Notes under the pieces: model-generated | Seen by the model: the letters and a program-made list of their open reading frames with translations, nothing else | What the model was told of the DNA's origin: nothing | Databases searched by the model: none | Virus record (IMG/VR): IMGVR_UViG_3300013233_000235 | Location: 140,042-204,041 of that record | Strand: one strand, 5' to 3' | Length of the DNA stretch: 64,000 nucleotides | Translations under genes and position numbers: made by a program | In this document: positions 28,668-39,225 of the stretch, piece by piece | Layout: the number at the start of each line of letters is the position of its first letter | Numbering within the stretch: the stretch's first letter is position 1

Positions 28668-29752
28668 ACATAACACTGGAGAGAGATATGCGTATAGTTG
28701 TAAATGGCCCACCGATGTATGGGAGGCACATGGCGTCTTCCGACGATGGTACGATGCTGGCAATAGGTATGGTTGGGGACGCTAGAATAGAGGGTGTCCC
28801 TGTATGGGTAGTGGACCTATACCACGTTGTTATGGGTAAACCCAAACTTATAGACAGGCTGACCGGGCAGTGCGGTGAAGGCACCCCCAGAATAACAGAT
28901 CTGGTCATGGCTGATTACGGTCAGAGATTAACCATATCCAGTTCAACGGGGGTAACCACTTACCACATATGGCCGCATGGGGCCAAGAAGCGTCCAGATG
29001 TGAGTGAGTCTTACTGCTATGATGCTAAGGTGGCTATTAGCTCTGATGGTGGCACCATTATGGCAAGTCGGACGAGTGCCACGGCGTACGGTGGTATAGC
29101 TAGTAGACTCGGCATCATGAAGCCCCATGAACACCCAGACTTACTACCACGGTATTTTAAATCGGTCAAGGGTAAAGTCAGGGTTATATCCGGTGGCGTT
29201 TCCAACGATGGTACGACTATCGCGGTAGCCACAACGATGTGGTGTGACGGCCGATACCTAGCTAACCAACTAGCCATATGTGGTAATTGTGGGGATATAC
29301 GTAAATACCCTGTTGACACATTCTCCCCGGATACCCCACCGGTGCTGTCCACTGGTGGTGGGACAGTATGGCTATCCCAGGGTGCGGGCGGTAGAAGCAT
29401 AAACATCTATACCAAAGATGGTAAGTCGAGACTGTTTATGTTACTCCCTGATAACCTGACTGTTGTTGGCCGGGTGTGTCTAAGTGTCACACAGCGGTAC
29501 CTATATATCGGCGTGTTCGACGCCAGCATTGGGAGTACCCAGGTGTGGATGGTAAGCACGGCTCGGCGGGAATATACCCCGCTACCGAATAAAATCTTCG
29601 GATTGAACCTACCTTATCCGGGTGTTACAGCTTGGTCCGTTGGGACAAGCGGGTTATACATGCTATCGGGTGACACCAACATGGTGTACCTTGAAAAGAC
29701 TACGGGCATTAGCCCTTTAACACTAAGTTCTCTAAGGAGTTGTGATGAGTAA
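28658..29752 (+). CDS. Degenerate beta-propeller protein
   Basis: YGRHMASSDDGTMLAIG; VAISSDG; VSNDGTTIAV. Confidence 0.7.
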   Translation: MRLNITLERDMRIVVNGPPMYGRHMASSDDGTMLAIGMVGDARIEGVPVWVVDLYHVVMGKPKLIDRLTGQCGEGTPRITDLVMADYGQRLTISSSTGVTTYHIWPHGAKKRPDVSESYCYDAKVAISSDGGTIMASRTSATAYGGIASRLGIMKPHEHPDLLPRYFKSVKGKVRVISGGVSNDGTTIAVATTMWCDGRYLANQLAICGNCGDIRKYPVDTFSPDTPPVLSTGGGTVWLSQGAGGRSINIYTKDGKSRLFMLLPDNLTVVGRVCLSVTQRYLYIGVFDASIGSTQVWMVSTARREYTPLPNKIFGLNLPYPGVTAWSVGTSGLYMLSGDTNMVYLEKTTGISPLTLSSLRSCDE

Positions 29753-30005
29753 CGCCTTCAACGGGTACTTCGATAACACCATCAGTGGTGACCACGGTAG
29801 AAGGCACGCCCTTAAGGGCGATGCTGTTATGGCCACCTTCATACAACTGGACGATACGGGCCTATGGCTGTACAGCGAAGAGGATACAAGATCCGAGCAG
29901 CTGTGGGCACTGCTAGCCCACTACACTTCCACCACCGGTAGCACATCCATACAGAAAATGTACAAGGAACTAATGGGGTGGGCTGAACATAACCTAGAGG
30001 TTTAA
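29745..30005 (+). CDS. Hypothetical protein
   Basis: SD AAGGAG; coupled in the operon. Confidence 0.65.
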   Translation: MSNAFNGYFDNTISGDHGRRHALKGDAVMATFIQLDDTGLWLYSEEDTRSEQLWALLAHYTSTTGSTSIQKMYKELMGWAEHNLEV

Positions 30006-30008
30006 CAC

Positions 30009-30929
30009 ATGAGTATTATATCGATATACTCGTTGGGCACCGTGGCTGAGAACAAGCTTCCGGACACCGATGTGGTAGAGATATACCCCAATGAAACATT
30101 ACCACTAATGGATGGGGAACTTGATGTATCCATATCGCCGGTCGAGTCATCTGGCATCGATCGTGAGGGCCGAGGTTACACAGCATCTGCTAATGTGGCT
30201 AACACCCTGTCGTGCAAATGGTTAAAGAGTACCTTTAGAGACACGTGCCCCGATGTAAGGCGCGGTGAGCGCGTGCTAATCATCAACATCGGCAACAGTA
30301 TGGATTTCTGGTTCATACCGTTGGGGCTGGATGACCACTTGCGGAGGTTGGAGACCGTGCGCTTCTCTATCAGCGCATTCCCAGAAAACGAGGATGAGGA
30401 CCCCAGTGTAGATAACAGATATTTCATTGAGCTAAGTTCTCACAAAAAGACTATAACAGTTAGTACCTCTATGCGGAATGGTGAAGTCGCTAGTTATGTC
30501 ATGCAGTTGAACATGGATATAGGCCATGCGACCCTGGTGGATAACACCGAACAGATCATCCAGATGGACACCGCCAATAAGCACATCTGGGCCCAAAACA
30601 GTGAGAAGGTATTGGCCGAGCTTAATAAGCGTGACCTTAAGTTACAAACACCAGATGGATCAGAGATCCATATGCGTGGGGCTGACATACTTGCGCATAA
30701 CGGCAATGGTGTAAAATTCGAGATGGTGGGGTCAAATACAACATCGACCTCACCCGGTAACCACGTGGTTAATGCCACTAACCATATTGTCAATGCTAAG
30801 ACTTTCCATAACAAACCCGTGATTGGCGGGAAGGCCACATACGGAAAGATCAATGCTGGCAAAGTCAGTGCTGGCCAGATTGGGGTAGGCATCCTCGTAG
30901 CAGGTAAGTTTAACTATCCAAAACCATAA
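30009..30929 (+). CDS. Baseplate central spike/hub-like protein (phiKZ-like)
   Basis: YSLGTVAENK..WL..TCPDVRRGERV OB-like N-terminus followed by a beta-helix-like repetitive C-terminus. Confidence 0.6.
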   Translation: MSIISIYSLGTVAENKLPDTDVVEIYPNETLPLMDGELDVSISPVESSGIDREGRGYTASANVANTLSCKWLKSTFRDTCPDVRRGERVLIINIGNSMDFWFIPLGLDDHLRRLETVRFSISAFPENEDEDPSVDNRYFIELSSHKKTITVSTSMRNGEVASYVMQLNMDIGHATLVDNTEQIIQMDTANKHIWAQNSEKVLAELNKRDLKLQTPDGSEIHMRGADILAHNGNGVKFEMVGSNTTSTSPGNHVVNATNHIVNAKTFHNKPVIGGKATYGKINAGKVSAGQIGVGILVAGKFNYPKP

Positions 30930-30969
30930 ATAACACCCAGAGCCACATCGGCTCTGGGTGTTATTTATG
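30925..30969. terminator. Perfect 20-bp inverted repeat between convergent genes
   Basis: CATAAATAACACCCAGAGCC-ACATC-GGCTCTGGGTGTTATTTATG. Confidence 0.85.
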
Positions 30970-30985
30970 TTTAAAAGGTGTGTTA

Positions 30986-31456
30986 CTAACACATGCGGAT
31001 GATTGGTATACCCATGTAATTGGCCACACCTCTGGCACAGGCCTGTGCCTGATTTTTAGTGCTGTCACTAGGTGCAACCATTAACCCAGCGGACCTCACA
31101 TCCGTGGCCTGAAAGCCCTCGTCCCCAATTACAGACATTACCGTGGCCGATACCGCATTCTGGAAGGCCGTATTAGCAGTTGTTAGTTCTCTAACAATAC
31201 CGTGGGTCTCTAAGAATTTGGCGACCTCTTGCGTTTCATAGCGGGTTGGCGTGAATGTGCCGGGCCTCGCTTTAGCCGTCCATAAGTCGGCCGAACCACC
31301 CTCCTCGACACATATTTGCATTAAGGCATCATTGCCGTCGGGCACCTCGGTTAGCCGGATTTGCCAGCCCTTGGCAATCTGTCCCTTGACAACCGCCCGC
31401 ATGTAATCCATGTTTTTAAGCACATACGCGTTACTACACATTATCGTACAATACAT
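30986..31456 (-). CDS. Hypothetical protein, possibly degenerate SLOG/DprA-like fold
   Basis: DGNDALM..EEGG..LW and C-terminal ARGVANYMGIPII. Confidence 0.45.
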   Translation of the reverse strand: MYCTIMCSNAYVLKNMDYMRAVVKGQIAKGWQIRLTEVPDGNDALMQICVEEGGSADLWTAKARPGTFTPTRYETQEVAKFLETHGIVRELTTANTAFQNAVSATVMSVIGDEGFQATDVRSAGLMVAPSDSTKNQAQACARGVANYMGIPIIRMC

Positions 31457-31469
31457 CTAGGTAAATCTC

Positions 31470-32810
31470 CTATACCGATCCGGCATTAATATCCCCAACA
31501 TATATCTCGTCAGGTGGGTAGACCACAGTTGGTATTGTGTCGCTATCGCGGCAATCGATTATATCACTAGCGCTAATGGTGACTGGGATTACAGCGGTCC
31601 CATCGCCATCATCAGTCTCTAATAACGCCTCGGTGTCGTCACCATAGCCCACATCGGTATCTACCACAACTGTATCATCAGAAGAAGCGACATCATCGGT
31701 GGTGGTACTGGCGTCACCAACACTTGTATCGGCAGACTCGCCGGTGGCATCGGTTGTGGCCGTGGCATCTTCTGCGGATGCACCGCCGGTATCAGAAGAC
31801 CCATCGGTGCTATCAGTGGTGGCGTCATTGGATGTGTCCACACTATCCGTAGATACATCGCCGGCATCGGAGGTGCTGGCGTTATCACCATCGCTTGTAC
31901 CGACATCTGTGGACGTGACATCATCGGCCGGGACCTCTGTTACCACCTCCACCCCATCATCTGAAGACGCAGTTATGGTGGATGACCCATCCTCGTGCAC
32001 TTCCTCGGTAGTAGTGGTGGTGGTAACGGTTTCAGACCCGTTAGCTTCGACCACATGCACTTCCTCGGTAGTGGTGGTTGATGTAACCTGTGTAGTTGGG
32101 TGGTTAGTGATGTGGCTGTTTATGGTCTCCCTTAGGGCGGAGACCTCCACCTTAAGGTTCTCGTTGTCGGATATCAATTGCTGTAAGTGGTAGAAATACA
32201 GGTTAACATCTTCCCGCATTCTGCCAAGTAACTGCAATGTACGACCGTCTTGCTCGCGCAATGCCTGACCCGATGTGGCCAGCGGCCTGGCGTCCACCAT
32301 CGCCTGGGTCATTTTATCGATGGCATCGGTGAGTGGGTTAAGCTTCTCGACATCATCGATGGTGTGTGTATGTGGACCGGGTGGGTACAACCCCGGGAGA
32401 TTACGGATATGGCTAAATACAACCACCCTATCGGCCGCTAATCGGATAGCATCCCTGAGATTACGCAGCAGCTCATCGGATGTACCCTCGTACCCACCCA
32501 CCAATTGGCAGGTCAGTAGCAGTTCCCCATACACCGCAGGATTTATTAACTCGATGGCAGTTGCAGCTTCGTGCCCTGTTGCTGCTACCACTTCAGGCTC
32601 AATGCCTAGAAAGCGGTAGTCCACCCCTAGCACCAATGGGGCGCTATCCAACGGTCTACGTAGATAATGACCCTTGGTGTAAAATATACCCTCATTGCAG
32701 ATGATGATACGGCTTCCATCCTCAGCTGCATTGTGGGGCTCGTCAACAACTAAGTTGGCGGGGTTTTTTGCCGACTCATCGTAATGCCGTTTAAATATAC
32801 CGGTAACCAT
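31470..32810 (-). CDS. phiKZ-like virion (tail-tip/baseplate) protein with Asp/Thr-rich tail
   Basis: NPANLVVDEPH..FY..LGVDY..QLVGG..YPPGPHTH N-domain shared with 43559 and 45251; low-complexity acidic C-terminus. Confidence 0.7.
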   Translation of the reverse strand: MVTGIFKRHYDESAKNPANLVVDEPHNAAEDGSRIIICNEGIFYTKGHYLRRPLDSAPLVLGVDYRFLGIEPEVVAATGHEAATAIELINPAVYGELLLTCQLVGGYEGTSDELLRNLRDAIRLAADRVVVFSHIRNLPGLYPPGPHTHTIDDVEKLNPLTDAIDKMTQAMVDARPLATSGQALREQDGRTLQLLGRMREDVNLYFYHLQQLISDNENLKVEVSALRETINSHITNHPTTQVTSTTTTEEVHVVEANGSETVTTTTTTEEVHEDGSSTITASSDDGVEVVTEVPADDVTSTDVGTSDGDNASTSDAGDVSTDSVDTSNDATTDSTDGSSDTGGASAEDATATTDATGESADTSVGDASTTTDDVASSDDTVVVDTDVGYGDDTEALLETDDGDGTAVIPVTISASDIIDCRDSDTIPTVVYPPDEIYVGDINAGSV

Positions 32811-32820
32811 GTATCACCCC

Positions 32821-33213
32821 CTAGGCTGTGTCGCCGAACCATCTAACCCGTAGATATCCGTAAACAGAAACGGCCATGTACATGGACTTACGACGGATAG
32901 GCTGTATGCCACCGAGCTTCATGGATTCATTAAAAATCCGGTTGGCTTTGGCCCAGCCCCAGCCTTCATCCAATGCATAGTCGTGAAGACATGCCTCAAT
33001 GAAATACCGATCGATGGGCGGGAATAAACCCCACATCACGCGAAGTGTGCTGGCGCCATCCGTGATAAACCCTTTGGGGATAGTGATCCCACTCGCTTGG
33101 TCCTTATATTCTTCAACAAAGAGGTATAGGACCCGGCCACCAATCTTGTTTGGTATGATAGGTTGTACAGGGATCGGCGTATGGTCGGAAATATCGTATT
33201 TACTCTTATACAT
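32821..33213 (-). CDS. DUF1353-family protein
   Basis: ITIPKGFITDGAS..W..FPP..EACLHDY. Confidence 0.8.
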   Translation of the reverse strand: MYKSKYDISDHTPIPVQPIIPNKIGGRVLYLFVEEYKDQASGITIPKGFITDGASTLRVMWGLFPPIDRYFIEACLHDYALDEGWGWAKANRIFNESMKLGGIQPIRRKSMYMAVSVYGYLRVRWFGDTA

Positions 33214-33218
33214 ATTGG

Positions 33219-34937
33219 TTATCCAAGTAAGAAGGCATTGCCGGCATCCGTTAGACCAGTGTCGGACCCTGGGGCCCCCACTATGCCACGTGCACCATCG
33301 CCTGATAAAGATACAGCGGTGCCGAGATAATCAGCGGCTAGAGAGCCTGTGACGCCTAGCTCGACACCGGCCAACCAGGTCCCTGAAACGTCAGCGAATG
33401 TGTACACCAGCCCGGCGTCATTGGCAGAGGAATCCGACATTGGACAACCCACAATAATGGCCAGTCCGTCGCCAGACATCCCCACTGCGTGACCAAACTG
33501 GTCATTTAGAGCAGGGGTGGGTGCTGTAAGAGTGGCCGCTAATGTGGGCACGCCTGTAACCACGTTGAACACATATGCGGCACCGCCACCAGACACAGCG
33601 GAATCATCGCCCTCCGCGCCGATAACCACGCGGTCACCAGCGGCGCTTATGGCCGAACTTATGCCGAACTTATCGTAAGCCGACACACCAGTCGCCGTCA
33701 GGGTGCCAGATGGGCTCCAAGCACCAGATGTGGATGTGTACACAAACCCCGTACCGGAATCAATACCTAAGGTGGCATCAGTGGGTGCTGTTATTACGGC
33801 GGTAACCCCTTGATCGGCTATCGCAACGCTGTAACCAAAGTAACCACCCTGCGACAGCACGGCCGGCACGATGTTGGCGGACTGTACATATGCGCCAGTC
33901 ACATCCGCGGTAAAGACATATACAGTGCCCACGGTTGTCAATAAACCATTACTCTTCGTGGGTGAGCCAATGATGATCTCATTGGTAACCCCTGCGATCG
34001 CAACGCTGTATCCGAACCATCCGATATCCGTGTGGTCTGTGGGTATCAGCTCCTGTGTAACTGCGTAACCTGTGCCAGCATCCGTAATCACGTAAGCTTT
34101 ACCAGCCCCAGCAACTCCGGCCGCATTGACATCGTTACTAGCACCCACCACGATAACACTGCCATCGGCATTGACATCGATAGAGGAGCCAAAATATGCC
34201 GAAGGTGCGGCTGACGGGCTAGTTAACCGGGCAACCTCAACCCATATGTTGGATACGAGTTTTAGTATGAAAACCGCACCACCGCTTGCTGACGTATTGG
34301 AGTCTGTTGGGGCGCCTATTACGGCTACATCACCGCTGTCACTAATAACCACCGCGCTACCATACCCACCCGATGTGGATGCCAAGCTTGGTGGTAGTGT
34401 AGATATAACCCCATTGATTGCCAGTGCATCCACGATGAAGCTGCTAACGGGGCCCCAATTAGAAAGACCCCCCGAAACCGCCTCGTGTTTGATGCGTACG
34501 AAATGTTCGACAGATGGTGCTAGCTGGATACCCGCCACACCCAGATCGTAAACACCGGTATTACCTGCTTGTCTACCACTCGCGTGTACGATGGTGGTAA
34601 AGGCGAGATCTGTGGCGATCTCTATAAACATGGCAGCCATGGTTTCAGACGTAAGATCTGTGGCAATGCCATTGAAAGCGCCACTACGGATAATGGGGCT
34701 CTGGTTTATACTGACGGCGGTGTTGGCCGGGCTAGCTACAACTGGGGCGCCAATGCCGGTAACCACATTACCCTTGATATCATGCCCACCGGCTTTAACG
34801 CCATCATGGATGGTTATCACGGGTGGGTTGCGACCATAGTCAATGATCAACTCATCCCGTATACCGGTTATGTTTGCCATGTTACCGGATATGCACGACT
34901 TCCATAAGAAATCGCCTAATAAAAATCTAGTACTCAT
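33219..34937 (-). CDS. Fibre/adhesin with IHDG..GG N-motif, Fn3-like domain and FG-GAP propeller
   Basis: ITIHDGVKAGGH; seven [FY]GxSVAIS..G..GAP repeats. Confidence 0.8.
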   Translation of the reverse strand: MSTRFLLGDFLWKSCISGNMANITGIRDELIIDYGRNPPVITIHDGVKAGGHDIKGNVVTGIGAPVVASPANTAVSINQSPIIRSGAFNGIATDLTSETMAAMFIEIATDLAFTTIVHASGRQAGNTGVYDLGVAGIQLAPSVEHFVRIKHEAVSGGLSNWGPVSSFIVDALAINGVISTLPPSLASTSGGYGSAVVISDSGDVAVIGAPTDSNTSASGGAVFILKLVSNIWVEVARLTSPSAAPSAYFGSSIDVNADGSVIVVGASNDVNAAGVAGAGKAYVITDAGTGYAVTQELIPTDHTDIGWFGYSVAIAGVTNEIIIGSPTKSNGLLTTVGTVYVFTADVTGAYVQSANIVPAVLSQGGYFGYSVAIADQGVTAVITAPTDATLGIDSGTGFVYTSTSGAWSPSGTLTATGVSAYDKFGISSAISAAGDRVVIGAEGDDSAVSGGGAAYVFNVVTGVPTLAATLTAPTPALNDQFGHAVGMSGDGLAIIVGCPMSDSSANDAGLVYTFADVSGTWLAGVELGVTGSLAADYLGTAVSLSGDGARGIVGAPGSDTGLTDAGNAFLLG

Positions 34938-34942
34938 TATGA

Positions 34943-36598
34943 TTATCCGAGTGCATAAACCGCACCGGCCTCGTTGCCATTTGTACCTTCACCGAAAGCG
35001 CCGACAGCGCCAACTGTACCATCGTTGCCGATAGCCCCGGAGAAGCCATAGTAGTCATAGCTACTGCTATTAGAAGCTGTTAGCTCAGACCCAGACTGTG
35101 CCCATGCGCCACTATCCTTAGTGAACACGTAGGCTGACCCACGGTAACTGGCGCTAGCATAGGACCCAATCAAGATTGTGCTGCCATCCCCACTTATATT
35201 AACGCTGCGTCCAAAGTTATCACCGGCGGCGATCTCACTCGGCACTATTCGGATAGCCGGGCCCCAAGTGTTAGTGGCCAAGTCTTGCTCAAAGATGTAC
35301 GCACCACCAGCATTGCTGCCATTGATGTCTTCCCCATAAGCCCCAACCACGGCAACTGAACCATCCGCTGAGATATCCACCGAGAACCCAAAGTAACCGT
35401 ATAGCTCGGGGTTAGGGGTGCTAAGCGTGGCCACCTCCGGCCAGTTGCTACCCTGGTTCTCGAAGATGGTGACCTCACCACCATCGCCAACTAAGGTGTC
35501 AGACAGATAGGATCCGGCTATGATGAAGTTCGTGTCACCCGATATGCTTACAGACGTGCCAAGATGATCACCAGTGGTATGGTTCCCAGGATTCAACTCC
35601 GTGCCGCTATCCCAATTGCCAACACCGCCTTCGAATACCCATACGTTGCCAGACGATGTACCATTAACATCATCAAGGTCGGCACCGATTACACAGAAGA
35701 TTCCGTCATCGCTCAGTCTGACATCGATGCCAAATTGATCACTATCGTTACCCGTACCGGCGAGCAGGTCCTGTTCGGCCCAGCCACCATTATCCTCGAA
35801 GATTATAACAGCACCATCATCATTACCACCGTCATCAAACAGGGGGGCACCTACTGCACAGATCGTACCATCGAAGTTGAGGGCCACACTGTAGCCAAAG
35901 TGGTCGACTGGGTTGGAGTTCTTAGGATCACTTTCCAGGATATCGTTCCACACCCATTTGCCGGCAACCGACTTGTAAATATCTACAGCCCCTTCATCCG
36001 TTTGGTTATTATCCCCTAGGTAGGAGCCCACGGCCATGGTGCTATTGTCACCCGAGATTGCGATGGAGTGCCCTGACCTATCCCCGCCAGCGGGGTTGGC
36101 TGGGTATACAATTTCGATCTCTTTTGATAACGCGGCAGCGACTGTCGTAAATGACGTGACAGCAGACCAAGCCGAGATGGGGGCTAGATTACTTTCGAAA
36201 CGCACACGGATGTAATATGCCAACCCTTGGGTGAGTACCACCCCGGCCTGTGCCATATCGTGGCTGTTAAGATCGGTCAACCCCACAGTGCTATACACCG
36301 TGGTCGCAAAGGTCGGGTCCAGACTTAGCTCATAGTAACTCAAGATGTGTGCGCCGTCGCCCACCATGGTGCCCGTTGTGACAATTGGCGCAACAACGAT
36401 TCCACTCGACCCATCTAAAGGGGAGGTGATGATAGGGGCCGCAATGGTGAATCCTACGGCCACAATGCCGTTACCACCCACGGTTGACCCATCTTGGATG
36501 TGCATGGGTCCGCGACCTTCCCGAATGGTTAGGCACCCGGTGGGGCCCACGTAAGTGGACTCCGAGGCTGCGGTCATGGTTTTTATTTGTACACGCAT
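34943..36598 (-). CDS. Fibre/adhesin with FG-GAP propeller (acidic loops)
   Basis: MHIQDGSTVGG; FGYSVALNFDGTICAVGAPLFDDGGNDDG repeats. Confidence 0.8.
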   Translation of the reverse strand: MRVQIKTMTAASESTYVGPTGCLTIREGRGPMHIQDGSTVGGNGIVAVGFTIAAPIITSPLDGSSGIVVAPIVTTGTMVGDGAHILSYYELSLDPTFATTVYSTVGLTDLNSHDMAQAGVVLTQGLAYYIRVRFESNLAPISAWSAVTSFTTVAAALSKEIEIVYPANPAGGDRSGHSIAISGDNSTMAVGSYLGDNNQTDEGAVDIYKSVAGKWVWNDILESDPKNSNPVDHFGYSVALNFDGTICAVGAPLFDDGGNDDGAVIIFEDNGGWAEQDLLAGTGNDSDQFGIDVRLSDDGIFCVIGADLDDVNGTSSGNVWVFEGGVGNWDSGTELNPGNHTTGDHLGTSVSISGDTNFIIAGSYLSDTLVGDGGEVTIFENQGSNWPEVATLSTPNPELYGYFGFSVDISADGSVAVVGAYGEDINGSNAGGAYIFEQDLATNTWGPAIRIVPSEIAAGDNFGRSVNISGDGSTILIGSYASASYRGSAYVFTKDSGAWAQSGSELTASNSSSYDYYGFSGAIGNDGTVGAVGAFGEGTNGNEAGAVYALG

Positions 36599-36610
36599 AT
36601 GTTACCCCTA

Positions 36611-37306
36611 CTAAACTGAGGTTGATTGCAGGTTATCGTGCAAGGCCTTAGATATGTTCAGTGCCCGTAGATCTGGCTCCGTCATCCCGTCCAGTAACCG
36701 ATCAATGGAGGCTGCCGCATTAAACACCTTCCCACGATTAATGAGGATGGCTTTGTAAAGAGCCTGTGCAGCAGCCAAGGTATCAATGGTCAAATATCCA
36801 CGCTCGAACGATGGGATCGCCCCGGGTGCGTCATTGCCCACCGACGGCATGATCCCAGAGAATAAGGTAACCTCGCCGAAGCCTTCAGTGTATGCGTAGA
36901 CGACTCCGCTGACATCCGATACAGCTTGGCTGCCAGACTTAATAAGCAGACCATCATACATGAACCGTGCCTTCAATGTGTTGATCCGGGCCTGCTTCAG
37001 TTGCATACGTCTTTTTGCTAACAGTTCCATGACTGTCAAATCCCTAGCTGCTCGCACAACAGTGATTAGTGAGTCTTCAGCAATCCGATCAACTGTCACC
37101 AGTTTCTGCCAATCCTCGCAGGGTGGCGTGGTGGTGGTGATAGGGATGATCTTAAGCACATTCGCTAGTTGTAGCGCCCCGCTTAAGACCCGTGGTACCA
37201 GGTCAGCAGGTACCCCGTATTTACCGCACACTTCTTTAACTGCGTCCATGGTGTATTCCATTGGACCAGCTACCCGTAACGTACCTCTATAGATCTCGCA
37301 ATACAT
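36611..37306 (-). CDS. Tail-fibre assembly-like protein (DUF4376-like)
   Basis: LAKRRMQLKQARINTLKARFMYDG motif; located among fibre genes. Confidence 0.5.
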   Translation of the reverse strand: MYCEIYRGTLRVAGPMEYTMDAVKEVCGKYGVPADLVPRVLSGALQLANVLKIIPITTTTPPCEDWQKLVTVDRIAEDSLITVVRAARDLTVMELLAKRRMQLKQARINTLKARFMYDGLLIKSGSQAVSDVSGVVYAYTEGFGEVTLFSGIMPSVGNDAPGAIPSFERGYLTIDTLAAAQALYKAILINRGKVFNAAASIDRLLDGMTEPDLRALNISKALHDNLQSTSV

Positions 37307-37315
37307 GTCTTATAC

Positions 37316-39001
37316 CTACCCTAAAATTAATGCGCTACCAGCGCTGGCTAACAATGTGCTATCAGATGGCGCGCCGGCTATGACGTAATCACCATCTTTG
37401 GAACACCCAATGCTGCTTCCAAGCAACCCTCCGGCACCCGTGGTGGAACTCACAATGGGTGGTAATGCCGTCCACGCCCCGCTGACCAATTTATAGATGG
37501 CTACGGCGCCGGTGCTTGCCCCTGACACGGCGTTAGTTACATAAGGGGTGCCTACAAACAATAACCCCACATCGTGGGCTACGGCCATTGCATACTGCCC
37601 ACCAGAGACATCCACAGCAGTAAGAGCCGCGATGGTTGCTGTCCACACACCCGGCGCCGATTCAGCGTAGATGTGAATGGTGCGCGTACCTGGCTCCGAT
37701 ACGAATAAGTGGCCCGAACCCTTATCGAACTCCACAGTGTCACCGTAAAAGGCGTCAAGTGTGGGGGTGGCCGAAAATAGTTCGGCTTCTGTCCACAGTG
37801 TTCCGCTCTTTGTGTACACGAATGCCCGGCCATAGATCGATGTCAACGCCCCCTGGTTGGTACCTACAGCGATAGCGGTGCCATCAAAGTTGATACTAAC
37901 CGAATTACCATACCGCTGATAAACAGTGGATGTGGTGGGGGTGAGTTCCGCCGACCATACCCACAGGCCTGTATTGTTTTTAACGTACACCAGTGCGGCA
38001 CCAACCAGGTTATAATCGATGCGCCCTAAGACCATGGTGTTACCATCGCCAGAGATATCGATAGACATACCAAGTAGGCCCGATGGGATCGCTGTTGGTG
38101 ATGTGATGGTCTGTTTAAGTACGAAGAATCCAGAACTGTCTGGGCTGTAAACGTATACCGCCCCAGCATTGGTAATCGTCGCACCGGTGGTGTCATCCAA
38201 GTATGGTGCGCTTACAATCAGATCTCCCGACGGGGTGAATGTAATCGCCGTGCCGTAATAGTCATACGCCACCGGGTTGGGGTCTGTAAGTTTCTGTGTC
38301 TCCACGTACTGCCCGTTTACCATGGCGCTGATGTATACAGACCCTGCATCAGCCAGACCGTTGGCATCTTCTCGACTTGCGCTAACGGCTAACCGTTGTT
38401 TATCCGGGGATATCGCTACGGCCGACCCAAGGCCATCCCCCGCTGCTATATCACTGCTCTTGAATACCTGTAACTCCAAGCTGGGTGTGGAGGCCGCGAC
38501 AGTGAAGCTTATCGGCGTAGACCATTCGCTGACACCACCAGTTTTAGAGGTGTGTTTTACACGGGCGTATATAACACCCACTGGTAGAGTTGCGCCAACT
38601 TCTAGCAGATTGATACTCGTTAGATTGACGCTATCTTCCCCTGAGAAGTACGTACTGGTTAAAAAGGTGCTATCTGTACTGATCTCCCAGATGGCCCCGG
38701 CTTGCGTGTCTGCGCTGCGATCCTCTTTAATGCCATTGAACTGACTGGTCATGAGCAATGGGCTAGGCAGGACGCCTGTAAGGCCGTTCAATGGGGATGT
38801 GATCACAGGGGTGGCCACCCCATTGATACCGAAGGACCCGAGTGGGTATCCACCGGGGGTGCTGCCATCACCGATACGTAGTCTCGGCAATGTGTCTCTC
38901 CAATCGATGAATAGTTCTCGATCAAGCTGGACGCTATTAAACATCAGATTGTCTTGGTAGCTTTTTAAAGGTACCGGTGTTGTAAGTAGTAATGTAGGCA
39001 T
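37316..39001 (-). CDS. Fibre/adhesin with FG-GAP propeller
   Basis: LRIGDGSTPGGY; LGSAVAISPD, YGNSVSINFDG, VIAGAP. Confidence 0.8.
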   Translation of the reverse strand: MPTLLLTTPVPLKSYQDNLMFNSVQLDRELFIDWRDTLPRLRIGDGSTPGGYPLGSFGINGVATPVITSPLNGLTGVLPSPLLMTSQFNGIKEDRSADTQAGAIWEISTDSTFLTSTYFSGEDSVNLTSINLLEVGATLPVGVIYARVKHTSKTGGVSEWSTPISFTVAASTPSLELQVFKSSDIAAGDGLGSAVAISPDKQRLAVSASREDANGLADAGSVYISAMVNGQYVETQKLTDPNPVAYDYYGTAITFTPSGDLIVSAPYLDDTTGATITNAGAVYVYSPDSSGFFVLKQTITSPTAIPSGLLGMSIDISGDGNTMVLGRIDYNLVGAALVYVKNNTGLWVWSAELTPTTSTVYQRYGNSVSINFDGTAIAVGTNQGALTSIYGRAFVYTKSGTLWTEAELFSATPTLDAFYGDTVEFDKGSGHLFVSEPGTRTIHIYAESAPGVWTATIAALTAVDVSGGQYAMAVAHDVGLLFVGTPYVTNAVSGASTGAVAIYKLVSGAWTALPPIVSSTTGAGGLLGSSIGCSKDGDYVIAGAPSDSTLLASAGSALILG

Positions 39002-39006
39002 ATTCC

Positions 39007-39225
39007 CTAACCATCCTCTTTTTCAGGCACTCCAGTGAAGAAGGAGCTTTTATCGTCACCAACGCAGTAAGATACCAACGCAGATAACGCCGTATAGTTC
39101 ATAATAATAGCGTCTGTATTTTCGGCATTGGTCCTACTGCCGGATAATTCGCTATTCTCACGCATGTATTTACCAGCCATATTGTACCAGTTGGTAAAAT
39201 ACTCAATGTCTTTCTCAGTGCGCAT
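39007..39225 (-). CDS. Small hypothetical protein
   Basis: Tightly packed in the operon. Confidence 0.6.
   Translation of the reverse strand: MRTEKDIEYFTNWYNMAGKYMRENSELSGSRTNAENTDAIIMNYTALSALVSYCVGDDKSSFFTGVPEKEDG

Noticed and set aside
33219-39001. Diversity-generating retroelement acting on the fibre genes
   Set aside because: No reverse transcriptase or TR/VR pair was seen in the window.
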